Assembly: GCF_018977255.1 (NCBI RefSeq) | Contig: NW_024704743.1 | Location: 114,020,001 to 114,084,000, forward strand | Direction of reading: 5' to 3' | Source of the DNA: Callorhinchus milii | Lineage: Eukaryota | DNA length: 64,000 nucleotides | In this document: positions 38,159 to 51,655 of the stretch, piece by piece | How the letters are laid out: the number at the start of each line of letters is the position of its first letter | Position numbering within the stretch: the first letter of the stretch is position 1 | Program-made: the position numbers and the translations under genes | Notes under the pieces: generated by a model | The model's database searches: none | The model's input: only the letters and a program-made list of their open reading frames with translations | Told to the model about the DNA's origin: nothing

Positions 38159-38549
38159 CTATTATGAGAGCTACTTTAAAGACATTATGAGAGTTCTAAC
38201 TGGTAGCTGGTAGCATATGTCTGTAATTATACACTGCATGGAACAAAAGGCAGTAGCTCTCAAAGGAGCAGGTTAAAGCCAGACTGGTGAGTTGCTTTGT
38301 CAAGAACAAGATGATAGAAATGCCTGCACCTGTCCGTCATTGTCTTCCCGTAAATACAACAACAGGTACAAACAAGGTAGGCTCCAGTTGCTACATATTT
38401 ACCATTTATCTTTTCATTGTGTAGATTCGTAGAACATCCTCAATCCCACGTTAGTGGCTCAGTCTTGCATGGCCAACGACAGACAATTTACCCTGGCTTT
38501 AAAGAAAATCTAATGTGAAAAATCCCAAAATAGCTTCTCTCACAATAAT

Positions 38550-38672
38550 AATATAATAATAATAATCCTTGTGTTTGATTTAGCGCCTTATCGCGTTGTT
38601 GAGACGTCCCAAAACGCTTCACACAATATATAAAGTGGATTGACCGTATATTTTGTGGGCGAAACACACAGT
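38550..38672 (-). mobile_element. SINE 3' half
   Basis: (TAA)n-tccttg...tagcgccttatc...cgcttcacac...ttttgtgggcgaaac. Confidence 0.75.
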
Positions 38673-39261
38673 AATTTGTATGTGGCAAAATGCTTAGTCC
38701 CACACAATCTCAATCTCGCCTCAGCCCACTGTTGCTCCCCAGAATCAGCGCCACCTGCTATTTCAGAAAAATATTTTAAAAACTGCATGTTTCAACCAAC
38801 TTTGCTTCTCTTGAAATATGGCATCTTTTGTTTGCTATGTATGTGCAGCCCTTATGATGATTGGAAGCAGAGAACCTTTCATTGATCAATTAGTCATTGA
38901 CCCACCAGCTCCTTCAAGTGGCTCTTCTGGGACTTACTACACCAAAGATTCAATACTTTGATTCAGAGCTACTTTGCAGACATTATGAGAGTTAATAAAA
39001 CCCATTATCTGAGAGCCTTTCAGCTGTGCAGAATGCCCAGCAAGGGACATTCTCTTAATTTCCTTCATCTGCCCCCATTCAATTGTCTCCGTCTCCGTCA
39101 AGACATTAGTAGAGGTACAGACACCTTCCAATAGCCCATGTGGTCTTTCTTCATGGTGAAACCATGCTGCGTGCGTTGGTCAACATTACAGCCAAGCAGC
39201 TGCTGTGAGATTCTACAGCATGGCTCTGAGGGAATAATTTTCCTTTTATTCTCTATGAATA

Positions 39262-39515
39262 AACTAGGAACCCGGTTGTTAGTCGATTGTCGGATTGCTT
39301 TTCTGGGCTCAATAATTCCTTAACAAAAAAATAATAAATCAGTCAATCCAATCTATGACTGTTTGTGGGACACTGCTGTGCACGATTGGCTGCTGCATTT
39401 CGCCCACAAAAAATATACAGTCAATTCACTTTACAGTATATTCTATGAAGAGCTTTAGTCGTCACGAAGACATGATAAGGCGCTATATCGAATGCAAGGA
39501 TTATTATTTATTATT
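39262..39515 (+). mobile_element. 5'-truncated SINE
   Basis: taggaacccggttgttagtcgattg...gcgctatatcgaatgcaaggattatt. Confidence 0.8.
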
Positions 39516-39980
39516 CTGAGAAACTTTGAGAGCAACACTGAGACCAGAAACTCAGTTTGAAGCATTGCATTAGTGAATCCACATCTTCAGGTTACCTCAT
39601 ATTTGGTTTTGACTTTGTGGTTCTGTTTGAGTTCCTCTCTTAACTTTGATGGAGCATCAGCCTGATCATAGTGTTAGAACAAGCGTGTTGTAATAAAAGT
39701 TTATTTGATGATATATCTGTGGAAAATCAATAGTCATTAAGGGTTTATTTTGGCAATGATACTGAATTTTTACGTACCGAGACATCACAAGTGTTCACCA
39801 CCAGAAAAATTAGCTCAGATCTAGCCGTAGATTCTTTGTAGAATCAGGAACTTCAGGAAAAATAATGTTGGGATGTAAATAAGCTCCCTTCTTGTTTCAA
39901 ATATTGTCAATGCATCTTTCACATCCAGCTGAAATAGGCAGAAAGGACTTTGATTTAACATCTCATTCAAACTATGGCAA

Positions 39981-40970
39981 AAACAACAAAGTGCCTTTCA
40001 CGTTGGGAGGATGTCCCAAGGCGCTGGACAGACAGAGTTACGGACCTGAGCTGAGGGTCGGGGGTGGGTGGAGGGCAGGGGGGAAAGCAAGGAGATCTAA
40101 AGCACGGTTGGAGGAGGGTCTTGAGGTGGGTCTTGAAGGTGGAGAGGGAGGGGGCGAAATGGAGGGACTGCGGGATGGAGTTCCAGAGGGTGGGTGAAGA
40201 GTGGCGGATGGCCCACCTGCCGATAGTGGGGCGAGCAAAGCGGGGGATGTGAAGCAGGCCGGAGTCCGCTGAGCGAAGGGAGCGGACAGGGTGATAGGAG
40301 GTTAGGAGGTCGGAGATGTAGGGAGAGCAAGAACGTAGAGGGCTTTAAAGGTGAGGACCATGATCTTGAACTGTATCATCTGTGTGATGGGAAGCCAGTG
40401 GAGTCAGGTGAGGATGGGGATGATAGTGTCACGGAGCCTAGTGCGGGAGGACACGGGCTGCAGAGTTTTGGATAATCTGCAGCCTGTGGAGGGAGGAATT
40501 GGGGAGGCGACAAGCAGTGAATTTGCATAGTCAAGCGTCGATGTAATGAAGGTGTGTATGAGAGTTTCGGCGGCCTGCAGTGTGAGACAGTGTCAGAGCC
40601 GGACAACATTGCAGGGCTGGGGAAGGCAGAGCGGGTCATTGCGCAGATATGGGGTACAAACGATAGTTGAGGCTCAAACAAGACGCCAAGGTTCCAGACT
40701 GCCTTAGCAAGTTGGAGTGTGCAACCATGGATGGTGATGCTATCAGCGCCTGAGATGAGAAGGCGCTGACAGGAACCAATTAGGAGAGCCTCGGTCTTGT
40801 TGACATTCAACTGAAGAAAGTTAGCTCTCATCCAGGACTTGATGTCTGACAGACATTCAGTCAGGACAGCAGTGGCCCTGGAGTCAAGGATGGAGGCAGA
40901 GAGGTAGAGTTGGGTGTCATCCGCATACAGGTGGATGTTGACCCCATGTCTGCGGATGATGTCATCAAGA
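39981..40970 (-). mobile_element. 5'-truncated L2-clade LINE (RT C-terminus plus 3'UTR), frameshifted
   Basis: IIRRHGVNIHLYADDTQLYLS...WMRANFLQLNVNKTE; highly similar to 56490-57500. Confidence 0.9.
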
Positions 40971-41127
40971 GACAAACCATGAATATTACAAAACTAGTTA
41001 TTACATTTGATAGTGCAGTATAATGAAAGTAGCAATAATATTTCCGTATCACAATAGTAACTTTTTACATGGTTATGGAGCAGACTAAAATATTTGTCCC
41101 AGGATGGAAATATTAATACAAAACATT

Positions 41128-41458
41128 GGATCCTGCTTACCTAATTCCAGAAAGTATTACGCGGAGGTTGGCAAGCTTTCCCGCTGCTTGTCCTGCGAGG
41201 ACCACCCTAGGGTTACCAGGAGCTGAGTGGGATGACTCCCTGCCCCCAGTGACTTGTTTACCCTTGCAGAGCCTGCCAATGAGCCAGGCTGGCTGTGTTG
41301 TCATCAGCAGTGCCCTGGAATACTGCGGATCCACCTGGCTCGGGAACCAGACTACCGAGACCACCACAGAAGCCTGGCTCGATTCCGACATTCCGTTGCC
41401 AGGCATGTCCCCTTGGAGCCAGTTCAGCTCATCAAGGAGACCCCGCTTACCTCCTCCC
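41128..41458 (-). repeat. Unclassified interspersed repeat, internally deleted copy joining the 3' and 5' modules
   Basis: atcctgcttacctaattccagaaagtatt (reverse complement of 28586-28614) continues into sequence shared with 26865-27055 and 44530-44600. Confidence 0.75.
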
Positions 41459-43424
41459 CAAAGAAGATATACACTAGTTGGTCATTCAACATCCGAAAAG
41501 TGCAGGTTTGAACCCTGACCTAGGTGGATAGTAGGACGAGTCAAACCAGGTAACACAATACATCATCAGCTGTTCTGACTTTGAGGAACATTGCATAATG
41601 AGTCAAGATTTAGCATTTTGGGATTCCGGGATTTGAGGTATTAATATCCTGAAATCCCAGGATTCAGAAAAAGCTGTCTGATCGAATGTGGGGACTCCCA
41701 GCTGCAACCAGATGCCATTCAGCCCTTTCACAGTGATGCTGGTGATCTTGGTGCAAATACCATACAATGTCATGTGTAAACAAACAGCACACATACCAAA
41801 CACTGTGGTCTTCAAGCCATGCTGAATGGGGCTTGAGAGTATTAACACAATCTTAATCACTTTACCTGGAGGGCGTTCTCCAACAATAGCACAAGCAGCA
41901 TTTTTTTCTTTTGTGACAAAATGTTTCAATTGCTTAGGGCCAGTGACTTCCCAAGCGCTGTGGAACATCGCAAGTTTGCAGTGGTCTGAGACCCTTCTTG
42001 CTCAAGCAGTGGGAGACCCCGTGACAATACCCGGCTGTTCCTCTAACTAACGAGGTTCCACAAGTATCAGGAACACATTCAATGCTTTAAACTTTCTCTC
42101 TGGAAGGTGGCCCGAGTGGGCCTGTGTATTCACATGGAAAATAATTGGAGTTTGTGAAATCATGGGGTAGGAATGGCTTTCTTGCTGCACGTGTAACTTT
42201 TATATATGCTGTACCTATGTACTGTACATATACAGAAGTGTCAGCCTGACTCAGTTGATAGCACTCTAGCCTCTGAGTTAGAAGGTGGATTCAAGCCCCA
42301 CTTTGAAACTACAATCTAGGCTGACACCCCAATGCAGTTTGGGGGGTACAGGGATGCTGCTGGAGAGGTTTTAGCGTTCACCAAAGACGTGGCCAAAGAG
42401 ATACATTTTTAAGAGGATTTCGAATGCAGGAAGAAAAGGTGCAAAGTGAAGGGATTGTGGGAGAGAATTCCAGAGAGTGGCTTGAATAGCGGCTGAAGGA
42501 AATGGAAAATAATGTCCAAAGGTTTTACAAAAACAGTTTCAGAAGAAAGGAATTTGTCTCAGAAACAACATTTTATGAATTGTAGTCAATATGGATTCTT
42601 CCTTTTGCCTGTGTGCAATTTGGAAGCACACATAAATTAATAGCCATGATTACACAGAACGACCAGCATTTACTTGAGCTTAGACTAGTGTAGTATTAGA
42701 GGGGAAGAGGGAGCTTTATTTTAACAAATAGCCTCAGTAAGCCCTTAGCACAGCTTTAACACAAAGCACAGCAGCTATTGTATAACGCATTTGTCCTGCT
42801 GGGTCATTATGCTTTCCACCTTCACAAGCATTCCTGATCTAACTTCACTGTCAGCTCTCTCTTAATCAGGTCTGACTAAGGCTGCCATAACCAACGAAAA
42901 AAGAGCAACCTTCAGAAAGACAAAATCTATCCACTCGCTGACAATACACTATGAAGAAACTAAAGTTAGACAATGCAGTGAAGCTAGTTTTATTGATTTA
43001 TACACTGAGATCCAAGAATCAGTGAATTAGACAGAAATACAGTTTTCCACTAATGTTTCAACTCTACTCCCCAGTGCACCATCTCAAACAAATTCTGCTG
43101 ACTCTCCAAGGCCAGACCTTTATTCTTTTTTTGTGTTTGTTAACAGACACAGTTTTTTTTTAACCTGTTGTGGGCAGCGTATAATATTCCACTTCACACA
43201 TTTCCTCTCTTCAATCTTGCACATGTAACCAAACTGTTATTCAATATAAATGACATGAAGGGCCGAATGGTATTCTTCCGTGTTGTAAATTTTTAAATAC
43301 CTAATATTCCTAATTGGGGCATCAAACAAATGCCCCGATATTTTCACGGTATCCATCATTTTACAAGAAAAGCATGTCTGAGATGGATGCAGGAAAAATA
43401 ACAAATCTATCAGAGCAACAAGTG

Positions 43425-43552
43425 TGTGCTGACACTCCAATCCAGTGCTAGGGGATCTCTGAATTGCCAGAGGTGCCGTCCTTCAGATGACATATTAAAC
43501 CGAGGTTCTGTCTGTTGTTCAGGTGGGCATTAAAGATCGTATGGCTCTATTT
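43425..43552 (+). mobile_element. Deu-domain SINE core fragment
   Basis: gctgacactcc...gaggtgccgtccttcagatgacatattaaaccgagg...caggtgggcattaaagatc. Confidence 0.65.
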
Positions 43553-44529
43553 CCAGATCCTAAAATCCATCAATAGATGAAACATTTGGGAATATATGGG
43601 AAGTCTTAATAGATTTACAGGGATCATTCTCCACGTGGACTAACTTTTGGGTGTGTTTATAATGGGAAATCTCATTATTATTAACACACTGCCAAATATC
43701 AGTAAATTTACTAACACGTGACATGTATACATGCCATCAAAGTTGATAAATTTATTTAACAAACCGTTCAAAACAAATTTTGGAGTAAAATTGAATGAGA
43801 TGATATATACTAATCCGTTCATTGTCAGAGAATCCAATGTACATGTTTATTTTTGCATGAATGTGTTAAAAAAATTAATTGACTTGATACTGTGGCATAA
43901 AACCTGAACAGATCATAAGGTGAGAGACACCGCATTCCAAAAACAAGGAACAAACTGCGACCAGTGGCTGTTTAAGATTCAAGGATTGGGGTCTAATTGT
44001 AAGATTCAGAGTGGGAAGTGCTAATTGCAATTCTGAAAACTGCTAATGTTTTGAAAAAGGCCACAGAATCTTTCCAGTACCTCCCCCATTTCATTCTAAA
44101 GCCTTTTTGCATACTTGGGCTGTTTTCAGAAATCAGTGAATCCAATCCTACCGCTCAGGTCAAGCAGGAAGGGGTTGGGGTGGTGGGTTTCAAAGTAATG
44201 CTTCCTACCCCTTACCTGCAGTTTACACTCCAGTGTGACAAAATGGAAAGCTGTGGGACAATGGGAACATTTCCTCAACACATTAAGGCGGCATCTTTAA
44301 AATGCTCTTAATCAGGTGGGACATTCCAGCCTGAAAATCTAATGCAAAAAAACAACTTTTTGAGTAACGTTGGGTGGGATGATGTATGCTAATGATCTGG
44401 TGTTCCACTGACTTTTGTTCAGGTTCAGTCACTGGGCCCAAAGCCAAATCACTAGTGTACTTTACAACTAGAAATGCAGTGACATTGGAAGTATTGATTA
44501 CTATGTCCACCCTACCCATTAAAGCTTTG

Positions 44530-44912
44530 GCTACCAGGGTTAACAGGAGCTGAGTGGGAAGAGTCCCTGCCCTTGGTGACTGGTCTGCCCTTCCAAATCC
44601 TGGAAGAGGCAGCCTCGCTCTTCTGTCACCAGAGATGGTAAGCTATGTGGTTTTAGCTGGTTAGACTCCAGCAGTACCTCAACGCACACACTGGGGTACC
44701 CAAGTCTTGGCTCGACAACCTGTGCCTAATACTTTCTGGAATTAGGTAAGCAGGATGCATCCCTCCAGGGAGAGAGTGTGCATTCCATTCCAACAATTTA
44801 TTTCTGGAATTTCCATGTGAAGGTTGGATGCAAGGAAATCTCAGTTTGGTTTGGGTACTCCTAAGCATGAGGATGGGTTTCCGCATGTGTCAGACACCCG
44901 GCTGACCAAAAT
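44530..44912 (+). repeat. Unclassified A-tailed repeat with an inverted 5' segment
   Basis: 44655-44912 is the 3' module in sense orientation; 44530-44630 is the 5' module in antisense orientation. Confidence 0.7.
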
Positions 44913-45654
44913 ATTGCAAGGACAAATATATCATTATTCACTGTCTTGATTTGCTGAAAATATACAATCACTACAATGTATAATATGTCCTGTGAAGCTC
45001 ATTGAGACATTTCGACAATGTGACAAATGCAAGGATTCTTATTATTGTTTCTCTCTCTTAAGAAATGTATTTTTGAAATAAAACCTACAAAGGAAACATT
45101 GAGAGTGTGGCTTATATAAAGCAAAATACTTATAATAATGAACCCTGTACTTGATATAATGCTTAAGTGATTAGTTTGTAGCATCAAATTTCACTCAGTA
45201 AAATATTATATATTAAGTATGTTAAATATACATTGAGTTTTTCTGGGATCCTGTTTTTTCTCTTGTCCTCTGCATATTCCTCAGCTCAGTGAAATTAAAG
45301 CTGTAATTTTATTTTGCAGGTAGATGTTCAATTCCTTTCAGTTGAGCAACATAGTAAGACCTATTGCTCAAGCAAACCATGTTGAAGGATTATTCTAAAA
45401 ACAAACAATTGCAGCCTAATTAAAGGGAATGAAGGGGCTTCTTTTGGCAAATTTGATGCATGGAAGTTGCCGGAGAAATTGTAGGAAAGAACAGAAGCCA
45501 GCAGGTGGGAGGTTAAAAACAATCATTACATTAGACGGATGAGAGTAGCGTACCAGCTAATTATGAAATGGACCTCTGTGCCTGGTGGATATTGTGCTGC
45601 CTGAGACATGAAATGCAGCAAGTGTCAACTGAAGTCACTGCTGCATTTTTGAGC

Positions 45655-46011
45655 CTCTTCCACTCAGTGGTTAGAGCACTCACCTTGCAAGTGAAGACCT
45701 GGGTTTGATTCCCGGCAGGGCAAAACATTGGGCAAGCTTCCTTACTCCACACGCCTCTGTTTACCTAGCAGTAAGTAGGAACCCAGTTGTTAGTTGATTG
45801 GCGGATCGCTTTTCCAGAGGTAATAATTCCTTTAAAAAATAAAACTAAATTGGTCACTCAATCCACGACTGTTTATGGGATAATTGGCTGCCGTGTTTTG
45901 CCCACAAAATATATAGTCAATTCACTCTACATTATATTCTGTGAAGCGCTTTGAAACGTCTCAAAGACCTGATAAGGTGTTGTGTCAACTGCAATGATTG
46001 ATATTATTATT
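45655..46011 (+). mobile_element. Near full-length tRNA-headed SINE
   Basis: ctcagtggttagagcac...gggtttgattccc...ttgggcaag...gcctctgtttacc...body and tail. Confidence 0.85.
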
Positions 46012-46489
46012 AGAATGTTAGATTGTTGCCCATCCTACAAATTGTTCTCCTGCAAATACATAGTCACCACATATTACAGTAAAACCCCGTGCAGCACTTT
46101 GTGACATTTCTACGACAGGATATAGTGCTATATCAAATGCAAGGCTGATTATTATTTATATCCACAAAACATCATTGTAAATGTATTTTCACAATGTCCA
46201 CTACCCAAATAAGTGTAGCAGAACCAGGGAGATGTGCCTGAACATCAGGCAACAGATTTATGCTTTGAAATATTTCAGTGTGATAAAGTACTGCAAGTTG
46301 TTCTTTCTCATTTTCTATCTTACATTGGTGGTGCTCTGCACTATAACTCATGGCCTTGTTTCCAAAATTTATTATAGTAGCAGTTCATTTGTACAATACA
46401 CTTTCTTAATACCAGGGTCAAGGAGCTGAATTACTGATTTGGTCAAAATCTCTTGTAACTGCATTCAATTTGTCCAGATTTCTTTTTAA

Positions 46490-46645
46490 CAACAACAAAA
46501 TTACATTTCTATAGTGCTTTTCACATCGGGAGGACGTCCCAAGGTCCTGGACAATCAACGTTTCAGACTCGAGCTGGGGATCGGGATTGGGAGGGTGGAG
46601 GGCAGGGGGGGAAGGAGGGTGACCGAAGGCATGGTTGAAGAGGTG
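46490..46645 (-). mobile_element. L2 3'UTR fragment
   Basis: aacaacaacaaaattacattt...ggaggacgtcccaagg...gggagggtggagggcaggggg. Confidence 0.75.
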
Positions 46646-47162
46646 GGGGCCATTGATTGTTTTTCGGTATTGCGAGCCATTTCGGAGAAGAGCTCAGATA
46701 CAAGCCTGTAATACTGATATATCTGAAGGTCAGAAGCTATATTCACTCAGTGATGATTTTATTCAAATTTTCCTCTATACTTTATTCTTTACTTCGCCCT
46801 TATGAGTTTTTTGACCTTGCTGTTTCCTGAGGTACAGGTTCATCCTGGGTATAGTTCTACTGCTACCGGCAGTACTCTAGTACCTGATTTTAACGTGATC
46901 TTCATGGGAGTCATTGTCAGCCCATCAGTGAGTGTGGGCCATTGCAACTTATCAGTGAAATGAGGCTTTTAACATCCGTGTTTATATTCTCCTTGGCCAT
47001 TGGTGACACCAGTTTACCTTAGGTAGTGTGCCTGCTGCTTGCTGACTGCCACAGAGTGAGATAGTGAATTTGAATGCCATAATATCTTGCATAATTTGTT
47101 GCTGCTGATAGCCCTGCTTCTTTTGGCAAAATTTTTAAACTGTACCCAGTGTGAGTTGGTTA

Positions 47163-47565
47163 CATCTCATCTCAAGACCCTCCTCTTCAACCGTGCTTTC
47201 GATCTCCCTGCTTCCCCTCCCCCTGCCCTCCACCCTCCCCGACCCCCAGCTCAGGTTCATAACTCTGTCCAGCGTCTTGGGACGTCCTCCTGACGTGAAA
47301 GGCTCTTTACAAATGTCATTTTGTTGTTGTTTGTCTTGAGACGGGTCTCAAAAGAGGCAGGGGAAATGGCGAGGTGGAGGGACTGCGGGATGGAGTTCCA
47401 GAGGGTGGGGGCAGAGTGGCGGAAGGACAAAATAATAATAATCCTTGCATTTGATATAGCTCTTTTTAAGGCTTCTAGACGTCCCAAAGTGCTTCACAGA
47501 ATATACTGTAAAGTGAATTGACTGTATATTTGTAGGCGAAACGTGGCAGCCAATTGCACTCAGAT
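47163..47565. mobile_element. Cluster: L2 3' end (+), L2 fragment (-), SINE 3' half (-)
   Basis: 47163-47332 matches 57325-57500; 47334-47428 is the adjacent upstream L2 segment inverted; 47430-47565 is a SINE on the minus strand. Confidence 0.75.
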
Positions 47566-48139
47566 GGTATAGAAGAGATGGGACTTAATCTTGAATTGTA
47601 ATAGAAAGTTACACTTCATAAAAGTAAGACTCCCCAAGATAAAGGCTTGCTTTATTTCAAATGAGTCCTATTGCAACAGGCAAAATGCACTGTTTAAAAC
47701 ACAATGAAACACACTGATGGTTTTAAAGAACGAAATGAGACAAGGCAGCTCTGTGAGGTTGTAGTTAATGTGTTCCTCTGTAAACAATGACACTGCCGAC
47801 TCTATTCATAAAGTTAATTGCTGTAATCAGTAACCCTCAATATTCTTTTGAAACGATAATGTCTTAGATACCATTTTATTTATTCATATGATGTGCTGTA
47901 TAAGACAATGAATATACACATACTGCGCTACCAAATGGACCCACCAATCATTGTTCCTTTTTGTCAGTGTGAATGCAGAAAAGAGAACTTTCTCTTGTAA
48001 TAGTCTCTCTTCCTGTCACATTGTCGCAACAGAGAAAAGCACAAATTGGCAAAACTAAGTAGCCTCTTGGAAATTAGGAACTGTTGAGTCTGTTGACTTA
48101 CAATGAATGACTGACTCCTTCAATAGCAGCTCACATTGT

Positions 48140-48490
48140 CTAGGCTGACACACCAATGCAGTGCTGGAGATCGGCTGCATTGTCAGAGGTGCCGTCCTTT
48201 GGATGAGACGTTAAACCAAGAGCCCATCTAGCTGTCTCAGGTGGACGTTAAAGATCCCATGGCACCATTCAAAAAGAGAAGGGAGTCCTGGCCAACAATC
48301 CTTCAAATAATATTAGTCATACGTTTCATAGCTGTTTGTGGGACGTTGCTGTGTACAATTGGGCTGCTGTGTGTATTCGCCGACAAATACACAGTCACTT
48401 CACAGTGAAATCTTGTAAAGACCTGTGGAATGTCCTCCAAATGTGAAAGACGCAATACTAAAATGAAAAGATCATTATTATCATTATTGT
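48140..48490 (+). mobile_element. Deu-domain (SacSINE1/AmnSINE1-like) SINE
   Basis: ggctgacac...gaggtgccgtcctttggatgagacgttaaacc...caggtggacgttaaagatcccatggcac...gctgtttgtgggacgttgctgtg, the characteristic Deu core. Confidence 0.75.
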
Positions 48491-48941
48491 TAGTAGTAGT
48501 AAAGGTATTGCCCAGTGTGAGACCGAAACAGAACCAAAAGTTTTCAACATCAACTTGCATTTATACAGCAATCTTCATGTGGGTCGTGTCTCGGAGTGAT
48601 TAACAGTGGTGGAGTTTGCTGATAGGCCAGGGAGAGACAGAAGGTGACTGTAGGCACAGATCACCCTACCTTCAGCTTCCACAATTATCAGAAACTGAGT
48701 GAAAAGATTCTTTGCCCCTGTATTTCAGCAGTGCCCTGGAGTACTGGAGACTCACTTGGCTCAGGAACCAAACTACCGAGACCATCACAGAGGGTCGACC
48801 CGATTCCAGCTTTCTGTTGCCAACCCAAGTCACCTCAGAGCCAGCTCAGCTCAGACCCAACAAAGCAAGCCCTGAAACCACCATTGCTGGGCCAGGCAAG
48901 CACAGTGAGCTTCCATTGCTGAGAAAATTAAACAGAGAATA

Positions 48942-49165
48942 AACAACAACAACTTGGAATTATATAGCGCCCTCCACGCCGGACGGCATCTCAGAGCGCT
49001 TCTCAGTAACGGGTCCTGGGGCCGAGCCAGGGGGTGGGGGAGGTAGGTGACCAAAGGCACGGTCGAAAAGAAAGGTCTTCAGCCGAGACCTGAAGGCACG
49101 GCTGTCGATGGTGGAGCGGAGTATTCGGGGGACAAGGAGGAGGCCAGACTCGGTGGAGCGAAGGC
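48942..49165 (-). mobile_element. L2 3' end fragment
   Basis: aacaacaacaacttggaattatatagcgcc...gaccaaaggcacggtcgaaaag. Confidence 0.7.
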
Positions 49166-49549
49166 AACAGGCACAATAAAACCCATGGATAGCTCGTGTA
49201 ACTTTTCCCTTCAATTTAAAGAAAAACAAAATCAAACTAAGTCGACCGTGGAGTAATCAAAAAAAAGTCAAAGCAAACCAGACCGATATGTACACAAACG
49301 GTGAACGAGCTACACAATTGCTCACAGCCTGTACGTACTGCATTTCAACTGTGCATATTATAATGGTATTTACAATACTAAATTACATTTGTATGGCTCC
49401 ATTCATGTTAGGAGGACGTCCCAAGGCATTGGGGTGTTTTTTTTAAAAAGGTTTTTTCCGTTGCAGCTATTGCTTGGAGTGTCAGCCTACACTGTGAGCT
49501 CCAAGATCCGATGTGGGTCTTGAACCCGCAACCTTACGATTTATAGAGA

Positions 49550-49978
49550 TGCCTTTGAGACGTCTCAAACCACTTCACAGAATATACTGTAAAGTGAATC
49601 GACTGTTTAGTTTGTGGGCAAAACACGGCAGCCAATTGCACACAGCAGTGTCCCACAAACAGTTGTGGATTGAAGTGACCAATTTAATTTTGATCCTAAA
49701 ATGCCTGTTTACCTAGCACGCTTCTGTTTACCCAGTAATCAGTAAGAACCCGGTTGTTAGTCGATTACCGGGTCACTTTCCGGGGTCATAAATATCTTCT
49801 TTTTTTAAATTGCTCCTCCATCCATGACTGATTGTAGGACACTGCTGTGCGCAATTTGGCAGTAGCGTTTCAGCAACAAAATAAACAGTCAACTCACTTT
49901 ACAGCAAACTTGTGAAGTGCTTTGAGACGCCTCAACGATGTGATAAGGTGCTATATCAAATGCAAGGATTATTATTAA
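49550..49978. mobile_element. Back-to-back inverted SINE pair
   Basis: Minus copy ~49550-49690 and plus copy ~49700-49978 cover overlapping parts of the same body. Confidence 0.75.
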
Positions 49979-50159
49979 AATATACTACAATTTACATTTA
50001 TAAAGCAACTTTTGGGGACATGTCTCTAACACCCCCGATCATGTTAATCATTTTCTAGTTGTGCGGTTTGGTTCAGCCATTGATTCCCACAACCAATCAC
50101 AATACAGGCAATTTCTGAACCATCTTCTCCTGAGAAACTGAGGTGAAGGTCCGTATGGA

Positions 50160-50708
50160 TGCAGCCAGAGATGCCAGTGTGCCAGATCAGCCAGTGTGCC
50201 AGAGCAACTAGTACACCAGAGAAATCAGAGCAGCCAGTGCAAGAGACCAGCCAGCACGTCAGTGCACCAGAGCAGCCAGAATGTCAGTGCATCAGAACAG
50301 CAGGTGCACCAGAGCAGTCAGAGCAGCAAGTGCTTCAGAGCAACCAGTACGCCAGAGCAGCCAGCACTGCCAGTGCACTAGTGCAGCCAATGCACCAGAG
50401 CAGCCAGTGCAACAGAGTAACCAGTGCGCCAGAGCAGCCAGTGCTGCCAAAGCAGCCAGTGATGCTCTGGCTCTGAATCATTGGCTGCACTGGTGCACTG
50501 GCAGCTCTAGTGCACTGGCTGTTCTGGTGCTCTGGCGTACTGGCTGCTCTGGTGCAATGACTACTCTGGTTGCTCTGGTGCTCTGGCTGCTCTGACACAC
50601 TGGCTGCTCTGACACACTGGCTGGACTGTCTACACCGGCTGCTCTGGCACTGGTTGTCCTGATTGATCTGGTGCTCTGGCACTGGCTGCTCTGGTGCACT
50701 GACTGCTG
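50160..50708. repeat. Degenerate ~17-bp minisatellite (CCAGAGCAGCCAGTGCA) that switches strand midway
   Basis: Sense units at 50160-50461; reverse-complement units (gcactggctgctctgg) at 50481-50708. Confidence 0.85.
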
Positions 50709-50709
50709 G

Positions 50710-51655
50710 TTACAATCCTACCCTTCCCACAGTCTGCATTCCGTGTCCACCAATGGCTCCTCCTCTAGCCCCTGAACTGTCACGTGTGGCGTCCCTCAGG
50801 GCTCTGCCCTCGGTCCCCTCCTCTTCAATCTGTACATGCTCCCCCTCAGCGATGTCATCCGTAGGCATGGGGTCAATTTCCACATGTATGCATATGAAAC
50901 CCAACTCTATCTCGCCGCCTCCTCCCTTGAGAATCCAGGACCGTTGATGTCCTACCAAATTGTCTGACATCAAGTCCTGGATGAGAGCCAACTTCCTTCA
51001 GCTCAGTGTTGGCAAGATGGAGGCCCGCCTGCTTCGCCCCTGGCTGCGGCTCCTCACCTCAGCCGTTGACATTATTCCTGGCTGCACTCTTCACCTCATC
51101 GAGTCAATACAAAACCATGGTGTCCTTTTCGACCCCCAGCTATTCTTCAAAACCCACATTTGTGCCATGACCCATTCCGTCTTATCCCATCTCCGCAACC
51201 TTGCCCCCCCTCTGCCACAGGTCACCGAAACCCTGATCCATGCTTTCATCACATCCCAACTTGACTACGCCAACTGCCTGTTCACTGTTCAACTCTTCCT
51301 CCACAAGCTGCACATTATTCAAAACTATGCAGCTCGTGTCCTCTCCTGCACCATGCTCCACGAATCAATCATCCCTATTCTTGCCCGGCTCCCCATCCCT
51401 CAAAGAATCAAGTACAAAACTTTCCATGGTCTTGCTCTCCCCGACCCCCTAACCCCATATCAGCCTGTTTGCTCCCTCCGCTTGGCAGATACCAACCTGC
51501 TTCAGATCCCCCGCACTTCCCACCCTACCATTGGTGGTTGGGCATTCAGCATCTGTGCCCCCACACTCTGGAACTCTACCCCGCAATCTCTCCACGTCAC
51601 CCCTCTCTTGCCTCCTTCAAGACCCGGATAAAGACCTTGCTCATTAACTGTGCCT
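50710..51655 (+). mobile_element. Degraded 5'-truncated L2-clade LINE
   Basis: [17 protein letters not shown] region, [32 protein letters not shown] motifs. Confidence 0.88.

Noticed and set aside
41290..41310. CTGATGA on the minus strand as a hammerhead ribozyme core
   Set aside because: No stem II followed by GAAA at the required spacing, here or in the 26900 copy.
41603..41968. Possible hAT transposon remnant (GGGATT motifs, faint peptide resemblance)
   Set aside because: No TIR pair or TSD found; resemblance too weak without a profile search.
50159..50699. Several Gln/Ser/Ala-rich ORFs
   Set aside because: Translations of the inverted minisatellite.
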